This document shows positions 54,676 to 64,000 of a stretch of DNA of 64,000 nucleotides, one piece after another. Source of the DNA: Clostridia bacterium. GTDB taxonomy: Bacteria; Bacillota; Clostridia; UMGS1840. Numbering within the stretch: position 1 is the first letter of the stretch; every line of letters begins with the position of its first letter. A program made the translations under genes and the position numbers. The notes beneath the pieces are model-generated. The model had not been told where the DNA came from, ran no database searches, and saw only the letters and a list, made by a program, of their open reading frames with translations. The DNA lies in contig JAZQUU010000034.1 of the NCBI GenBank assembly GCA_045631485.1, positions 25,457 to 89,456 of the forward strand, written 5' to 3'.

Positions 54676-55596
54676 TTATAAGGTTGCATCAGGGCAGTTT
54701 CGCTTTACATAACGAACCTCTGCCTCCAGAGTGACGCCGAATTTTTCAAGCACCGTTTCTCTGACATAATCAATCAATTTACACACATCTTCTGCGGTGG
54801 CATTTTTTCGGTTAATCACAAAGCCGCAATGCTTTTCGGAAACTTGGGCATCTCCCACCGAAAAGCCTCTTAAATCGGCATCTTCTATCAGTTTTCCCGC
54901 AAAATATCCTTCGGGACGCTTAAAGGTACTTCCCGCATTGGGATATTCCAGGGGTTGTTTTTCATTTCGTTTTTTTAATAATTCCACGGTTTTTTCGTGA
55001 AGCTCGTCACGGTTGCCGGGAGCTAATCGGAAGGTGGTTTCCAAAATCACCCATTGGGGATTGGCAAAAAACACGCTGTGCCGATAAGATAACTCGTGTT
55101 CTTCGGCGGTGAGGGTTTTTAATTCCAGATTTTCGTCCAGATACAAGGAGCTTACCAGAGTGTCTTTGATTTCGCCGCCGTAGGCACCTGCATTCATATA
55201 CACGCCGCCGCCCACGGTGCCGGGAATTCCCGATAGCTCCGCTAAGCCTGCCAGACTGTGTTCCTTGGCAACTTCGCAAAGGGCAGACAATCTTGCACCT
55301 GCTCCGGCGGTAATTTCGTTGCCGTGGCATATTACAGACTTCATTTCGGTGGTTTTTATCACAATCCCGTCTATCCCATCATCTGCCACCAACACATTGG
55401 AGCCGTTTCCGAGCACGGTGACACGAAGATTCTCCTCTTTGGCGAATGCCAGAATCTGTTTCACTTCCTCCGCACTTTTTGGGAAGACCATATAATCGCA
55501 GGGACCGCCGATTTTAAAGCTGGTATGACGGGACATTGGCTCCCCGATAAGCACACGGGAACAAAGCCCTTCTAATTTTTCTACGATTGTTTTCAT
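54676..55596 (-). CDS. murB: UDP-N-acetylmuramate dehydrogenase
   Basis: ..EPMSRHTSFKIGGPCDYMVFP.., VLGNGSNVLV and ..AGSTFKRP.. are present. I prefer ATG 55596 after AAAGGAG. The track starts at 55626. Confidence 0.9.
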   Translation of the reverse strand: MKTIVEKLEGLCSRVLIGEPMSRHTSFKIGGPCDYMVFPKSAEEVKQILAFAKEENLRVTVLGNGSNVLVADDGIDGIVIKTTEMKSVICHGNEITAGAGARLSALCEVAKEHSLAGLAELSGIPGTVGGGVYMNAGAYGGEIKDTLVSSLYLDENLELKTLTAEEHELSYRHSVFFANPQWVILETTFRLAPGNRDELHEKTVELLKKRNEKQPLEYPNAGSTFKRPEGYFAGKLIEDADLRGFSVGDAQVSEKHCGFVINRKNATAEDVCKLIDYVRETVLEKFGVTLEAEVRYVKRNCPDATL

Positions 55597-55632
55597 AAAA
55601 AACTCCTTTCGGGGTTCTTCCGACAAAGATAA

Positions 55633-56583
55633 TTATGCCTTATAAAGCATTGCCGCACCGATTAACCCTGCATCATTTCCTAAGGATGCAATAGAAATAT
55701 CTGCGTGATGAATCAAGTCGCCGCCGTAACATTTTGCCACAACCTGCTCTTTTAAGGGCACCAGCAAGGTGTCCCCTTCGTTACACACACCGCCGCCTAA
55801 AATAATGGCTTCGGGTGCAAAAATATTGATTAAATTGGCAATTCCTTCAGAAAGATAGAACAGATAATTTTCTACCACATCTTTTGCCACGGTGTCGCCT
55901 CTTCTCATAGCATCAAAAGCGGTTTTTGCGCTGACTTTTCCGCTTTTATCTGCAACGGCGTTGAGCAGACTGAGGGGATGTTTTCTCATCGCCGCTTTGG
56001 TCTGGGCAACTAATGCGGAAGCAGAAGAATATGCTTCAAAACAACCACGTCTGCCGCAAGTGCAAGGTTCACCGCCCACGTGCAACACCATATGGCCGAT
56101 TTCTGCGCCTGCGCCTTCTAACCCTTCCCAGAGTTTTCCGTTTAAGATGATACCACCGCCAACACCGGTGCCTAAAGTAACTAAAATGATGGAATTATGC
56201 TGTTTTCCGCTGCCGCAGAAAAATTCACCTAATGCTGCACAGCTGGCATCGTTGGCAAGATATACGGGTTTTTGCAGTTTTTCCTGCATCATTGCACCGA
56301 TGGGTGCACCGTCCATATTCAGGTTGTTGGCATACACCACGATTCCTTTTTCTTTATCCACGGTGCCGGGAATACCCACTCCAACAGAAACCACATCGTC
56401 CATGGAAATTTCTGATTTTTCCACCAATGCAACACACAAATCAATCATCTGCTCTGCAATCCCTTTTGCATCGGATTTTGCATCGGTGCGAACTGAAGAT
56501 TTCAAAAGGATATTGCCGTGTTCGTCTGTGATACCTGCTTTAATGTTGGTGCCGCCTAAATCAACGCCTAAATAATATTTCAT
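55633..56583 (-). CDS. glcK: ROK family glucokinase
   Basis: Contains MKYYLGVDLGGTNIKAG.. and the ROK zinc motif GHMVLHVGGEPCTCGRRGCFE. Confidence 0.85.
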   Translation of the reverse strand: MKYYLGVDLGGTNIKAGITDEHGNILLKSSVRTDAKSDAKGIAEQMIDLCVALVEKSEISMDDVVSVGVGIPGTVDKEKGIVVYANNLNMDGAPIGAMMQEKLQKPVYLANDASCAALGEFFCGSGKQHNSIILVTLGTGVGGGIILNGKLWEGLEGAGAEIGHMVLHVGGEPCTCGRRGCFEAYSSASALVAQTKAAMRKHPLSLLNAVADKSGKVSAKTAFDAMRRGDTVAKDVVENYLFYLSEGIANLINIFAPEAIILGGGVCNEGDTLLVPLKEQVVAKCYGGDLIHHADISIASLGNDAGLIGAAMLYKA

Positions 56584-56606
56584 AGTCTGTTCCTCCGTTG
56601 TTGCAA

Positions 56607-57329
56607 TTAAATCTGTGATTTGATGTCTTTTAAATATGTTTCAAATGTTTCTAAGTTTGCATTGATGATAAGCTCCTTGGGGAAATCCACTTCTCTTAAC
56701 ATTTCAAACACCTGTTTGTAGTTGCCGATACAACCCGAATAATGGGCATCGGACGATACTGCCACACGGGTGCCGTATTGTTTGCAAAGCTTTGCCACAT
56801 GGGTGCAAAGTTCACGGGAACCGGGACGGATTCCCTCTAAGGAATGATTATTTAGTTCGATAATTTTGTTTTGTTCTTTTGCTTTTTTCACCACCGCTTC
56901 AAAATCGCAACGGTAGTTTTGCTGCCCCATATGGCCAATACAATGCACATAGGGATTTTCCAGCACACGAAGATAGGTTTCGGTGATATCCTCCAAAGAG
57001 CCTTGGGGTAAGCAGGGAGCGTGAATGGAAGCGATTACCCAATCAAGCATTGCCAAAACGGTGTTTGGCAAATCAAGACCGCCCTTGTAATCAATAATAT
57101 TCGCTTCGGCTCCTTTAAAGAATCGGATACCATCAATTTCGCCGGGCAGAAACTTTAAACAGCTAAAATGCACTTCTCCCGGCGCATCGGGAATGGCAGG
57201 AGCATGATTGGTCATACAAAGGCCGTGCATCCCTGCATCCCTGGTGGCTTTGATATTTTCCTGCAAGGTGGAGTAAGCGTGCTCACTCACAATGGTATGG
57301 CTATGGGTTTCCACATCAATATGATACAT
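56607..57329 (-). CDS. PHP-domain phosphatase (YcdX-like)
   Basis: 240 aa. It has HSHT at the N-terminus plus His/Asp ligand motifs (NHAP, ASIHAP, IGHMG, SSDAH) characteristic of PHP metallophosphoesterases. Confidence 0.7.
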   Translation of the reverse strand: MYHIDVETHSHTIVSEHAYSTLQENIKATRDAGMHGLCMTNHAPAIPDAPGEVHFSCLKFLPGEIDGIRFFKGAEANIIDYKGGLDLPNTVLAMLDWVIASIHAPCLPQGSLEDITETYLRVLENPYVHCIGHMGQQNYRCDFEAVVKKAKEQNKIIELNNHSLEGIRPGSRELCTHVAKLCKQYGTRVAVSSDAHYSGCIGNYKQVFEMLREVDFPKELIINANLETFETYLKDIKSQI

Positions 57330-57334
57330 AAAAA

Positions 57335-58651
57335 TTATCCTTTCAAGGCGGTGCCCGATAAATCATAATGGTCACAGCCAGTCACTTTCACTTTGATATA
57401 TTCCCCAATATCCACAGGGAAATCCGCTTCAAAATACACGGTGCCGTCAATCTCGGGGGAATCCATATAGGTTCTGCCGAAATAAATGTTGTTAACGGTG
57501 TCAATCCCTTCCACCAGAACCTCATAGGTTTTGCCGATTTTCTGCTTGTTTTTCTGCAGGGAAATCTGAGAAGAAAGCTTCATAATTTCATTGGCACGGC
57601 GCACCTTTTCGTGGGTTTTTAATTTGCCTGTGATACGGGCGGCACGGGTGCCCTCTTCGGTGGAATAAGCGAACACGCCCAAACGGTCAAAAAAGCCTTG
57701 CTTCACAAATGCCACAAGCTCCTCGTGTTCCTCCACGGTTTCTGTGGGGAAGCCACTGATTAAGGAGGTGCGGATGGTGGCATCGGGCATTTTTTCCTTG
57801 ATTTTATGAAGCAGGGTTACAATTTCTTCCTTGTTGGTACGGCGGTTCATCAATTTTAAAATTCTGTCGTTACAATGCTGAATGGGAATATCAAAATAAG
57901 GAAGAATTTTTTTGGATGCTTTCATTTTATCGAGCAACTCATCGGTTACCGATTCGGGATACAGATAGTGAAGACGAATCCAACGAAGTTCTTCAATCTT
58001 CTCTAATTCCGAAAGGAGAGCAACCAAACGGTTTTCTCCGTATAAATCCATGCCGTAGCGGGTGGTATCCTGAGCAATCACAATCACTTCGGTAACCCCC
58101 TGGGTTGCCATCCATTTTGCTTCCGCCACAACAGATTCTATGGGTCTTGACACATATTTTCCACGAATTTTCGGGATAGCGCAATAGGAACAACCGTTGC
58201 TGCAACCGTCGGCAATTTTTAAAAAGGCATAATAAAAGGGAGTGGTCAGAACACGGTCGCAAAAATTCGGCTCCGGCTCACTTTTGGAAAAATAGGAAAC
58301 CCGTTCCCCCCTTAACACTCTGCCAACCGCTTCGGCAATATTGGCGGTATCGTGAATCCCCAAAACACCGTCCACTTCGGGGAAGTTTTCTAAAATTTCG
58401 TCCTGATAACGACCCGATAAGCAACCTGCCACAATCACCTTTTTGCCGTAGGATGCCGCATTTAAAATTTCCGAAATGGCTTCCTCTTTGGCAGACTTAA
58501 TAAATCCGCAGGTGTTTATGATGATCACATCGCTTTCTTCTTCGTTATCCACCATAATATACCCTGCGTTCTGCAGATTGGTAATCATAATTTCGCCGTC
58601 CACCTTATTTTTGGAACAGCCAAGTTGAATCCATAAAATGTTAGCCATCAT
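57335..58651 (-). CDS. rimO: Ribosomal protein S12 methylthiotransferase RimO
   Basis: It has the MTTase N-domain (LGCSKNKVDGE), the radical-SAM motif CSNGCSYCAIP and a C-terminal TRAM domain. Confidence 0.85.
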   Translation of the reverse strand: MMANILWIQLGCSKNKVDGEIMITNLQNAGYIMVDNEEESDVIIINTCGFIKSAKEEAISEILNAASYGKKVIVAGCLSGRYQDEILENFPEVDGVLGIHDTANIAEAVGRVLRGERVSYFSKSEPEPNFCDRVLTTPFYYAFLKIADGCSNGCSYCAIPKIRGKYVSRPIESVVAEAKWMATQGVTEVIVIAQDTTRYGMDLYGENRLVALLSELEKIEELRWIRLHYLYPESVTDELLDKMKASKKILPYFDIPIQHCNDRILKLMNRRTNKEEIVTLLHKIKEKMPDATIRTSLISGFPTETVEEHEELVAFVKQGFFDRLGVFAYSTEEGTRAARITGKLKTHEKVRRANEIMKLSSQISLQKNKQKIGKTYEVLVEGIDTVNNIYFGRTYMDSPEIDGTVYFEADFPVDIGEYIKVKVTGCDHYDLSGTALKG

Positions 58652-59264
58652 AATCTTCCTCGTAATTTTCTTCCAACACTTCGGCGGAAAGGGTTCTTAA
58701 ACAGTCGGTAATATCCGAAAAACGATAGCCTCTTCGGATCAGGCGACTGTATATCTTTTGGGTGTCTGTTTTCTTATTAAGAAGCAGGGCAACCTGCTCT
58801 TTTAAGTTTTCCTGCTCGGCACTAAAATCATAATCGGATGCATCCAGAGAAATGCCTTTGCCGAAAAGGTCTTGCTTAATTTTATAAAAGCCTTGCTTTT
58901 TATAGGTTTGCTTGGAATAAATAAACTGCTCCCGATACTGCTCGTCCGACAAATAGCCGTTTTCTTTTAATTTTGCCAAAATATCTTCCCCAATATCCGG
59001 CGGACATTCGTGCAGTCTAAGCTTCTCCCGAAGCTCTTTTTCGGAATACATTCTGCGGGATAATAGCCCCAGGCAATAATCATATTGCTCGGGAAACACA
59101 CATTCCTTTCGGAATGCTTCCACACTCTCAACAAAAAGCTCTTCTTTGCCCGCCAGTTTGCGAAATGTGTATCCCGAAACGGAGAACAAATAGGTGTCTC
59201 CCGAAAAGACGGAAAAACGGTTTTTCCGCTTCACTTGAGGGCGAAAAGTCAGTTTTATCATCAT
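58641..59264 (-). CDS. recX: RecX family regulatory protein
   Basis: 207 aa with three-helix repeats (..CLGLLSRRMYSEKELREKL.., ..YLSDEQYREQFIYSK.., ..IYSRLIRRGYRFSDI..). It overlaps the rimO start by 11 nt. Confidence 0.7.
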   Translation of the reverse strand: MMIKLTFRPQVKRKNRFSVFSGDTYLFSVSGYTFRKLAGKEELFVESVEAFRKECVFPEQYDYCLGLLSRRMYSEKELREKLRLHECPPDIGEDILAKLKENGYLSDEQYREQFIYSKQTYKKQGFYKIKQDLFGKGISLDASDYDFSAEQENLKEQVALLLNKKTDTQKIYSRLIRRGYRFSDITDCLRTLSAEVLEENYEEDYDG

Positions 59265-59268
59265 CTTT

Positions 59269-59313
59269 TAAAAAAACGAAAACCGAAAGCAGGGTTTTTT
59301 AAACCCTACTTCC
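59269..59313 (-). terminator. Intrinsic terminator after the LCP gene
   Basis: The minus-strand RNA is GGAAGUAGGG-UUUAAAAAA-CCCUGCUUUC (10 bp with two G:U), followed by GGUUUUCGUUUUUUU. Confidence 0.7.
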
Positions 59314-59337
59314 GTTTTTCTTTGCTCCTATTAAAAA

Positions 59338-60246
59338 CTAACGGTAAAATTCGTCTAAAATAACTTCCGCTTCGCTGCGGTTGATGATTACATAGGGGTC
59401 TGCAATGCTTACGGGCAGCTCAAAGGTCTGCACCGTGCATTCTTCCATCTTGGTAACCGCATTAAAATAACTTAAAATTTCATTTAAGTTCATACTGGAA
59501 CGAACATTCTGATTGATTAAACCGTAAATCGCAGGAATTTTCCCGATATAATTGGGTTTGAATTTCTGCTCAAAGGTGGCTTTGAAAAAGTCCTGCTGAA
59601 CCTGATTTCTCTGCAAATCTCCCATGGGATACCGACGGAATCTCAGCACTTTTACCGCTTCTTCCCCGTCTAAGAGTTGTTCCCCTTGCTTGATATTGAT
59701 ATAAAGGTCCTGGTCGGGGTCACTGTAATACATATTGCAGGGCACATCAAAGCGGATGCCGCCCAGCTCATCAATAATGGTTTCCACGGCGGCAAAGTTC
59801 ACCACCATATAATCGTGAATATCTATGGCAAGCAAATCTTTCACGGTTTGCACCGCAAGTTCATCACCGCCAATTTGCAGAGCCGCATTGATTTTCTGGT
59901 TGTTTCTGCCAATCTTCACCTTGGTATCTCGGGGAACCGACATCAGAGAGACTGCATTTTTATCGGGATAAATGGAAAACACCATAATTACATCCGAACG
60001 CAAACCGCCCTTATCCGTTCCGAACACAGCAACATTTCGCACTTCCCCGTCGGTGGCAACCGACAAGGCGTTCAGATTGACTCCGCCGCCAAGGTTGGAA
60101 TTCATCAGGAAAAAGCCACCCACAATCAGCACCAAAATCATTTCCACAAGAAAACAAGTCCTGAAGGTTTTCCAGAATGTTTTCTTCTTCGTATTCTGTT
60201 TTTTTCGGGATGTTCTTCTTGCACCCTGATACTGTGACTGATTCAT
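59338..60246 (-). CDS. LytR-CpsA-Psr (LCP) family cell-envelope polymer transferase
   Basis: An N-terminal TM anchor is followed by the motifs ..NVAVFGTDKGGLRSDVIMVFS..SVPRDT... typical of LCP proteins. Confidence 0.8.
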   Translation of the reverse strand: MNQSQYQGARRTSRKKQNTKKKTFWKTFRTCFLVEMILVLIVGGFFLMNSNLGGGVNLNALSVATDGEVRNVAVFGTDKGGLRSDVIMVFSIYPDKNAVSLMSVPRDTKVKIGRNNQKINAALQIGGDELAVQTVKDLLAIDIHDYMVVNFAAVETIIDELGGIRFDVPCNMYYSDPDQDLYINIKQGEQLLDGEEAVKVLRFRRYPMGDLQRNQVQQDFFKATFEQKFKPNYIGKIPAIYGLINQNVRSSMNLNEILSYFNAVTKMEECTVQTFELPVSIADPYVIINRSEAEVILDEFYR

Positions 60247-60262
60247 ACTAAAACCTCGGTTC

Positions 60263-60835
60263 TTACTGTTCGTAACCTGCTAAAAATGCTTTTTCGTTTG
60301 CCTCTTTGAATTTTTCGGGAACGGTGGATAACACCGCATCCACCCAATCCTTTTTATCAAATTCCAGATATTTTGCCAACACGCCCAGTAACACCACATT
60401 GGTTACTTTGGAGTTTAAGATGGATTCTGCAATTTCTAACGCATTCACGGAAACCAAATCCACTTCTTCTTTTTTGAGTGTGTCTAAAATATCTTGGGGA
60501 TATTCTGCCGCACCGATGATTACGGGCATAGGCATAATCTGCTGCACGTTGGTAATGAGTTTACCGCCTTTTTTAAGATAAGGCAACCAACGCAGAGCTT
60601 CCAATTCTTCAAAGGAAATAATAATATCTGCTTCTCCCTGACAGATTACGGGAGAATGAACGGCTTCACCGTATTTCACATAAGTTACCACGCTGCCGCC
60701 ACGCTGGCTCATACCGTGTACTTCGGATACTTTTACATCATAACCTTTTTCGATGGCTAAGTTCCCTAAAATTCTGCTGGCAAGTAAGGTACCCTGACCG
60801 CCAACTCCTACAATCATAATGGATTTTGTGCTCAT
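60263..60835 (-). CDS. iorB: Indolepyruvate:ferredoxin oxidoreductase beta subunit
   Basis: 190 aa. IMIVGVGGQGTLLASRILG...SEVHGMSQRGGSV is present, and the gene is adjacent to iorA. Confidence 0.85.
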   Translation of the reverse strand: MSTKSIMIVGVGGQGTLLASRILGNLAIEKGYDVKVSEVHGMSQRGGSVVTYVKYGEAVHSPVICQGEADIIISFEELEALRWLPYLKKGGKLITNVQQIMPMPVIIGAAEYPQDILDTLKKEEVDLVSVNALEIAESILNSKVTNVVLLGVLAKYLEFDKKDWVDAVLSTVPEKFKEANEKAFLAGYEQ

Positions 60836-60852
60836 CTTAGTCTCCCCCTTTC

Positions 60853-62577
60853 TTACAGAGTAATGGCATCAAACTTACAGATGTTTTTACACAATCCGCA
60901 GTTGGTACACAAGGTTTTATTGATTTCGGGTTTGCCGTCTACAACGGAAATTGCAGGGCATCCGATTTTCATACACATCTTACAGTTTTTACATTTATCT
61001 TTTTGGATATTAACGTCAAAATCGTATTTCACGCCTTTTAACAATACGCAGGGACGGCGTGCAATAATTAAGGAAGGCTCTTCCACGCTGATTTCTTCTT
61101 TAATCACCCGTTCGCATTCTTCCACATTGAAGGGGTCAACCACTTTGATTCGGCTGTAACCAACCGCTTCTGCAAATTTTTCTAAGTTCACCGCCACGGT
61201 GGGTTCTCCTTTTAAGGTTTTGCCGGTGGTGGGGTTCTGCTGATGGCCTGTCATACCGGTGATGGAGTTATCTAAGATAATCACGGTGGAGGTACCTTTG
61301 TTGTATGCGGTGGAGGCAAGACCTGTCATACCGGAATGGATGAAGGTGGAATCCCCGATTACCGCTACGGTTTTTTTGGAAAGCTCTTTGTTGGCTTTGG
61401 AAATACCGTGTGCCGCACTGACGGATGCACCCATACAAATGGTGGTATCCATAGCAGATAAGGGAGCTGCCGCACCTAAGGTGTAACATCCGATATCCCC
61501 GGAAACAACCAGTTTCAGCTTAGATAACACATAGAACATCCCTCTGTGAGGACAACCGGGACACATCACGGGAGGACGCATGGGGGGATTATAGTCGGGA
61601 TAAGTTGCTTCATCTTTTTTGCCGGAGATTGCTTCTCTTACGGACACATTGGAGAATTCCCCAAACATGGAGAAGGTGTCTTTTCCGTGCACTTCGATGC
61701 CCATTGCTTTGATATGATTTTCGATATAGGGGTCTAATTCTTCCAACACATAAAGCTTATCCACTTTACTTGCAAATTCCTGAATCAATTTTACGGGCAA
61801 AGGCCAGAGCATCCCCAGTTTCAGATAAGATGCTTCGGGGAAAGATTCTTTGGCGTACTGGTAGGGTGCGCCTGCGGTGATGATACCGATTTTGGTATCG
61901 TTAATTTCCATACGGTTGATACCGGAGGTTTCTGCATATTCTACCAGTTTATTTTTTCTGTCTTCGATAACCAGACGGCGTTTTTTTGCCATGCCGGGCA
62001 TCATCACATATTTCATCACATCTTTTTGATATTCTTTTAAGGGAACATCCACACGGTCACATTCTTCCACGATGGACTGAGAATGTGCAATACGGGTGGT
62101 TAATCTTAACAGAACGGGAGTGTCAAACTGCTCGGAAATTTCGTAAGCCAATTTGGCATATTCCTTACATTCGGCACTGTCGGCAGGTTCCAGCATGGTC
62201 ACCTTTGCCGCATTGGCATAGTTACGGGAATCCTGCTCATTCTGAGAGGAATGCATCCCCGGGTCGTCTGCCACGCCGATTACCAAACCGCCGTTTACGC
62301 CGGTGTAGGACACGGTGAACAAGGGGTCTGCTGCCACGTTTAACCCAACGTGCTTCATAGCACAGAAGGAACGGGCACCTGCGATTGCCGCACCGATGGC
62401 AACTTCCATTGCCACCTTTTCGTTGGCTGCCCATTCGGCATCCACTTCGTTATATTTGGCAACAAATTCGGTGATTTCGGTGGAGGGAGTACCGGGGTAG
62501 CTGGATACCACGGTTACGCCTGCTTCATATAAACCTCTGGCAACGGCTTCGTTACCAATCATCAATCTTTTAGACAT
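60853..62577 (-). CDS. iorA: Indolepyruvate:ferredoxin oxidoreductase alpha subunit
   Basis: It has MSKRLMIGNEAVARGLYEAGV.., a TPP-binding region (GDSTFIHSG) and C-terminal 2x[4Fe-4S] Cys motifs (CKNCKMCMKIGCP, CTNCGLCKNIC). ATG 62577 after AGGAGG is preferred over the track's 62631. Confidence 0.85.
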   Translation of the reverse strand: MSKRLMIGNEAVARGLYEAGVTVVSSYPGTPSTEITEFVAKYNEVDAEWAANEKVAMEVAIGAAIAGARSFCAMKHVGLNVAADPLFTVSYTGVNGGLVIGVADDPGMHSSQNEQDSRNYANAAKVTMLEPADSAECKEYAKLAYEISEQFDTPVLLRLTTRIAHSQSIVEECDRVDVPLKEYQKDVMKYVMMPGMAKKRRLVIEDRKNKLVEYAETSGINRMEINDTKIGIITAGAPYQYAKESFPEASYLKLGMLWPLPVKLIQEFASKVDKLYVLEELDPYIENHIKAMGIEVHGKDTFSMFGEFSNVSVREAISGKKDEATYPDYNPPMRPPVMCPGCPHRGMFYVLSKLKLVVSGDIGCYTLGAAAPLSAMDTTICMGASVSAAHGISKANKELSKKTVAVIGDSTFIHSGMTGLASTAYNKGTSTVIILDNSITGMTGHQQNPTTGKTLKGEPTVAVNLEKFAEAVGYSRIKVVDPFNVEECERVIKEEISVEEPSLIIARRPCVLLKGVKYDFDVNIQKDKCKNCKMCMKIGCPAISVVDGKPEINKTLCTNCGLCKNICKFDAITL

Positions 62578-62593
62578 AATTCTAAAAAACCTC

Positions 62594-64000
62594 CTATATT
62601 TCATTCTGGGCTGCAACCAAGCTTTCGCCACAGTAGATTTCTCTTAATTTCGGTTTTTCAATTTTGCCGGTGGGATTTCTGGGAACATCGGCAAAAATAA
62701 TCTTACGGGGACGCTTATATTTGGGAAGCGCTTTGCAGAAGTTGTCCATTTCCTCTTCGGTGCAGGTCACATCTTCTTTTAATTCAATGATGGCTGCCGC
62801 CATTTCGCCCAAACGGGGGTCGGGTAACCCGATTACCGCCACGTCTTTTACTTTATTGTTGGTACGGATGAAATCTTCAATCTGAACGGGATACAAGTTT
62901 TCACCGCCGGAAATGATAACGTCTTTTTTACGGTCAACTAAGAAGATAAAGCCGTCTTCGTCTTCCTGCGCCATATCGCCGGTAAAGAGCCATCCGTCTT
63001 TTAACACATCGTTGGTTGCTTTTTCGTCATTGTAGTAACAGGTCATCACGCCGGGACCTTTTACGGCAAGTTCACCCACTTCGCCTTTTTCCACGGTGTT
63101 GCCACGCTCATCCACGATTTTTACTTCCCAACCGTAGCCTGCTTTACCGATGGCACCCACTTTGTGAATATTTTCCACGCCTAAGTGCACACAACCGGGG
63201 CCGATGGATTCGGATAAGCCGTAGTTGGTGTCGTACTGATGGTTGGGGAAGATAGCTTTCCAACGCTTGATTAAGCTGGGGGGAACAGGCTGTGCACCGA
63301 TGTGCATCAGTCTCCATCTGGATAAATCCATCTGGTCAATTTTAATGGTACCATTGTCAATAGCATCTAAAATATCCTGCGCCCACGGCACCAACAGCCA
63401 CACGATAGAGCATTTTTCGTCTGCCGCAGTTTCCACAATCCATTCGGGTTTTACCCCTTTTAAGAGAACCGCTTTGGCTCCCGCCACCAAGCAACCGAAC
63501 CAATGCATTTTGGCGCCGGTATGATAAAGAGGCGGAATGCAGAGGAACACGTCATCCTTAGTTTGAGAGTGATGGTTCTGCTCGGTTAAGCAAGCGTGCA
63601 CCAAACTTTCGTGATTATGTAAAATTGCTTTGGGAAATCCTGTGGTACCGGAAGAGAAATAAATTGCTGCATTATCTTCGGGAGTTAAGGGAATTTCGGG
63701 AGTTTTTGAGGTGCAATAGGTCACCAGCTTATCATAGCTTTCCGCAAAGGAGGGGCAGTCTTTTCCCACATAGAATAACTGCTTCACATTGGGAATCATA
63801 TCGCAAATTTCTTCCACACGACCGATAAACTCAGGGCCGAACACCAAAACATCCGCTTCGGCTAATTCCAGACAATACTTAATTTCATCGGAAGTGTAAC
63901 GATAGTTTAAGGGCACCGCCAGGGCACCTGTTTTTAATGCACCGAAATACACGGGCAACCATTCTAAGCAGTTCATCAGAAGGATGGCAACCTTGTCCCC
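62594..64000 (-). CDS. AMP-dependent acyl-CoA synthetase/ligase (N-terminus beyond the window end)
   Basis: The frame stays open to base 64000 (..GDKVAILLMNCLEW..). The AMP-binding motif is YFSSGTTGFPKAILHNH, with TGD..EDGF and the C-terminal ..PRNPTGKI. Confidence 0.85.
   Translation of the reverse strand, partial: GDKVAILLMNCLEWLPVYFGALKTGALAVPLNYRYTSDEIKYCLELAEADVLVFGPEFIGRVEEICDMIPNVKQLFYVGKDCPSFAESYDKLVTYCTSKTPEIPLTPEDNAAIYFSSGTTGFPKAILHNHESLVHACLTEQNHHSQTKDDVFLCIPPLYHTGAKMHWFGCLVAGAKAVLLKGVKPEWIVETAADEKCSIVWLLVPWAQDILDAIDNGTIKIDQMDLSRWRLMHIGAQPVPPSLIKRWKAIFPNHQYDTNYGLSESIGPGCVHLGVENIHKVGAIGKAGYGWEVKIVDERGNTVEKGEVGELAVKGPGVMTCYYNDEKATNDVLKDGWLFTGDMAQEDEDGFIFLVDRKKDVIISGGENLYPVQIEDFIRTNNKVKDVAVIGLPDPRLGEMAAAIIELKEDVTCTEEEMDNFCKALPKYKRPRKIIFADVPRNPTGKIEKPKLREIYCGESLVAAQNEI

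Overview
This is a 64-kb window from a moderate-GC, spore-forming Clostridia-type genome. The markers are SpoIIID, WhiA, an SLH-anchored exoenzyme and rubrerythrin/flavodiiron oxygen defence.

(1) Bases 1-29,600 form one accessory glycan-utilisation locus. It holds five tandem minus-strand genes for giant secreted proteins made of repeated carbohydrate-binding-like modules and Pro/Thr linkers. Three of them end in, or contain, the same right-handed beta-helix catalytic-type module, and one carries SLH repeats. The locus also has a large lipoprotein solute-binding protein with two LplB/LplC-type permeases. Divergently it encodes a cytoplasmic DUF4091 (GH123-like) protein and a YesN/YesM-type two-component system.

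(2) Bases 29,600-42,900 are mostly housekeeping or competence genes. They are spoIIID, queT behind a preQ1-like leader, mgsA, comEC-holA-comF, tRNA-Pro, and a divergent CDF/TetR pair. A kinase / DUF4432 / FucI-like sugar operon also sits here.

(3) Bases 42,900-48,000 are repeat-rich. They contain a ZIP transporter bracketed by ~100-bp inverted repeats and strings of GC-rich hairpins. They also contain an rbr-rubredoxin-flavodiiron operon and a DUF559 endonuclease-like gene enclosed by perfect 24-bp inverted hairpin repeats.

(4) Bases 48,000-64,000 are core genes: efp, dnaE, whiA, murB, glcK, rimO, recX, an LCP protein, iorAB and an acyl-CoA ligase.

The most interesting non-obvious signals are these:
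- a ~60-65-nt structured repeat with compensatory stem changes, always lying 3' of an ORF;
- the TIR-bounded DUF559 cassette;
- a preQ1-I-like aptamer split by an extra hairpin;
- the unassigned beta-helix/CBM-array enzyme system.

No CRISPR array, rRNA, integrase or transposase was seen. All calls come from reading the sequence and ORF track by eye. No database search was run, and start codons were chosen by RBS spacing.
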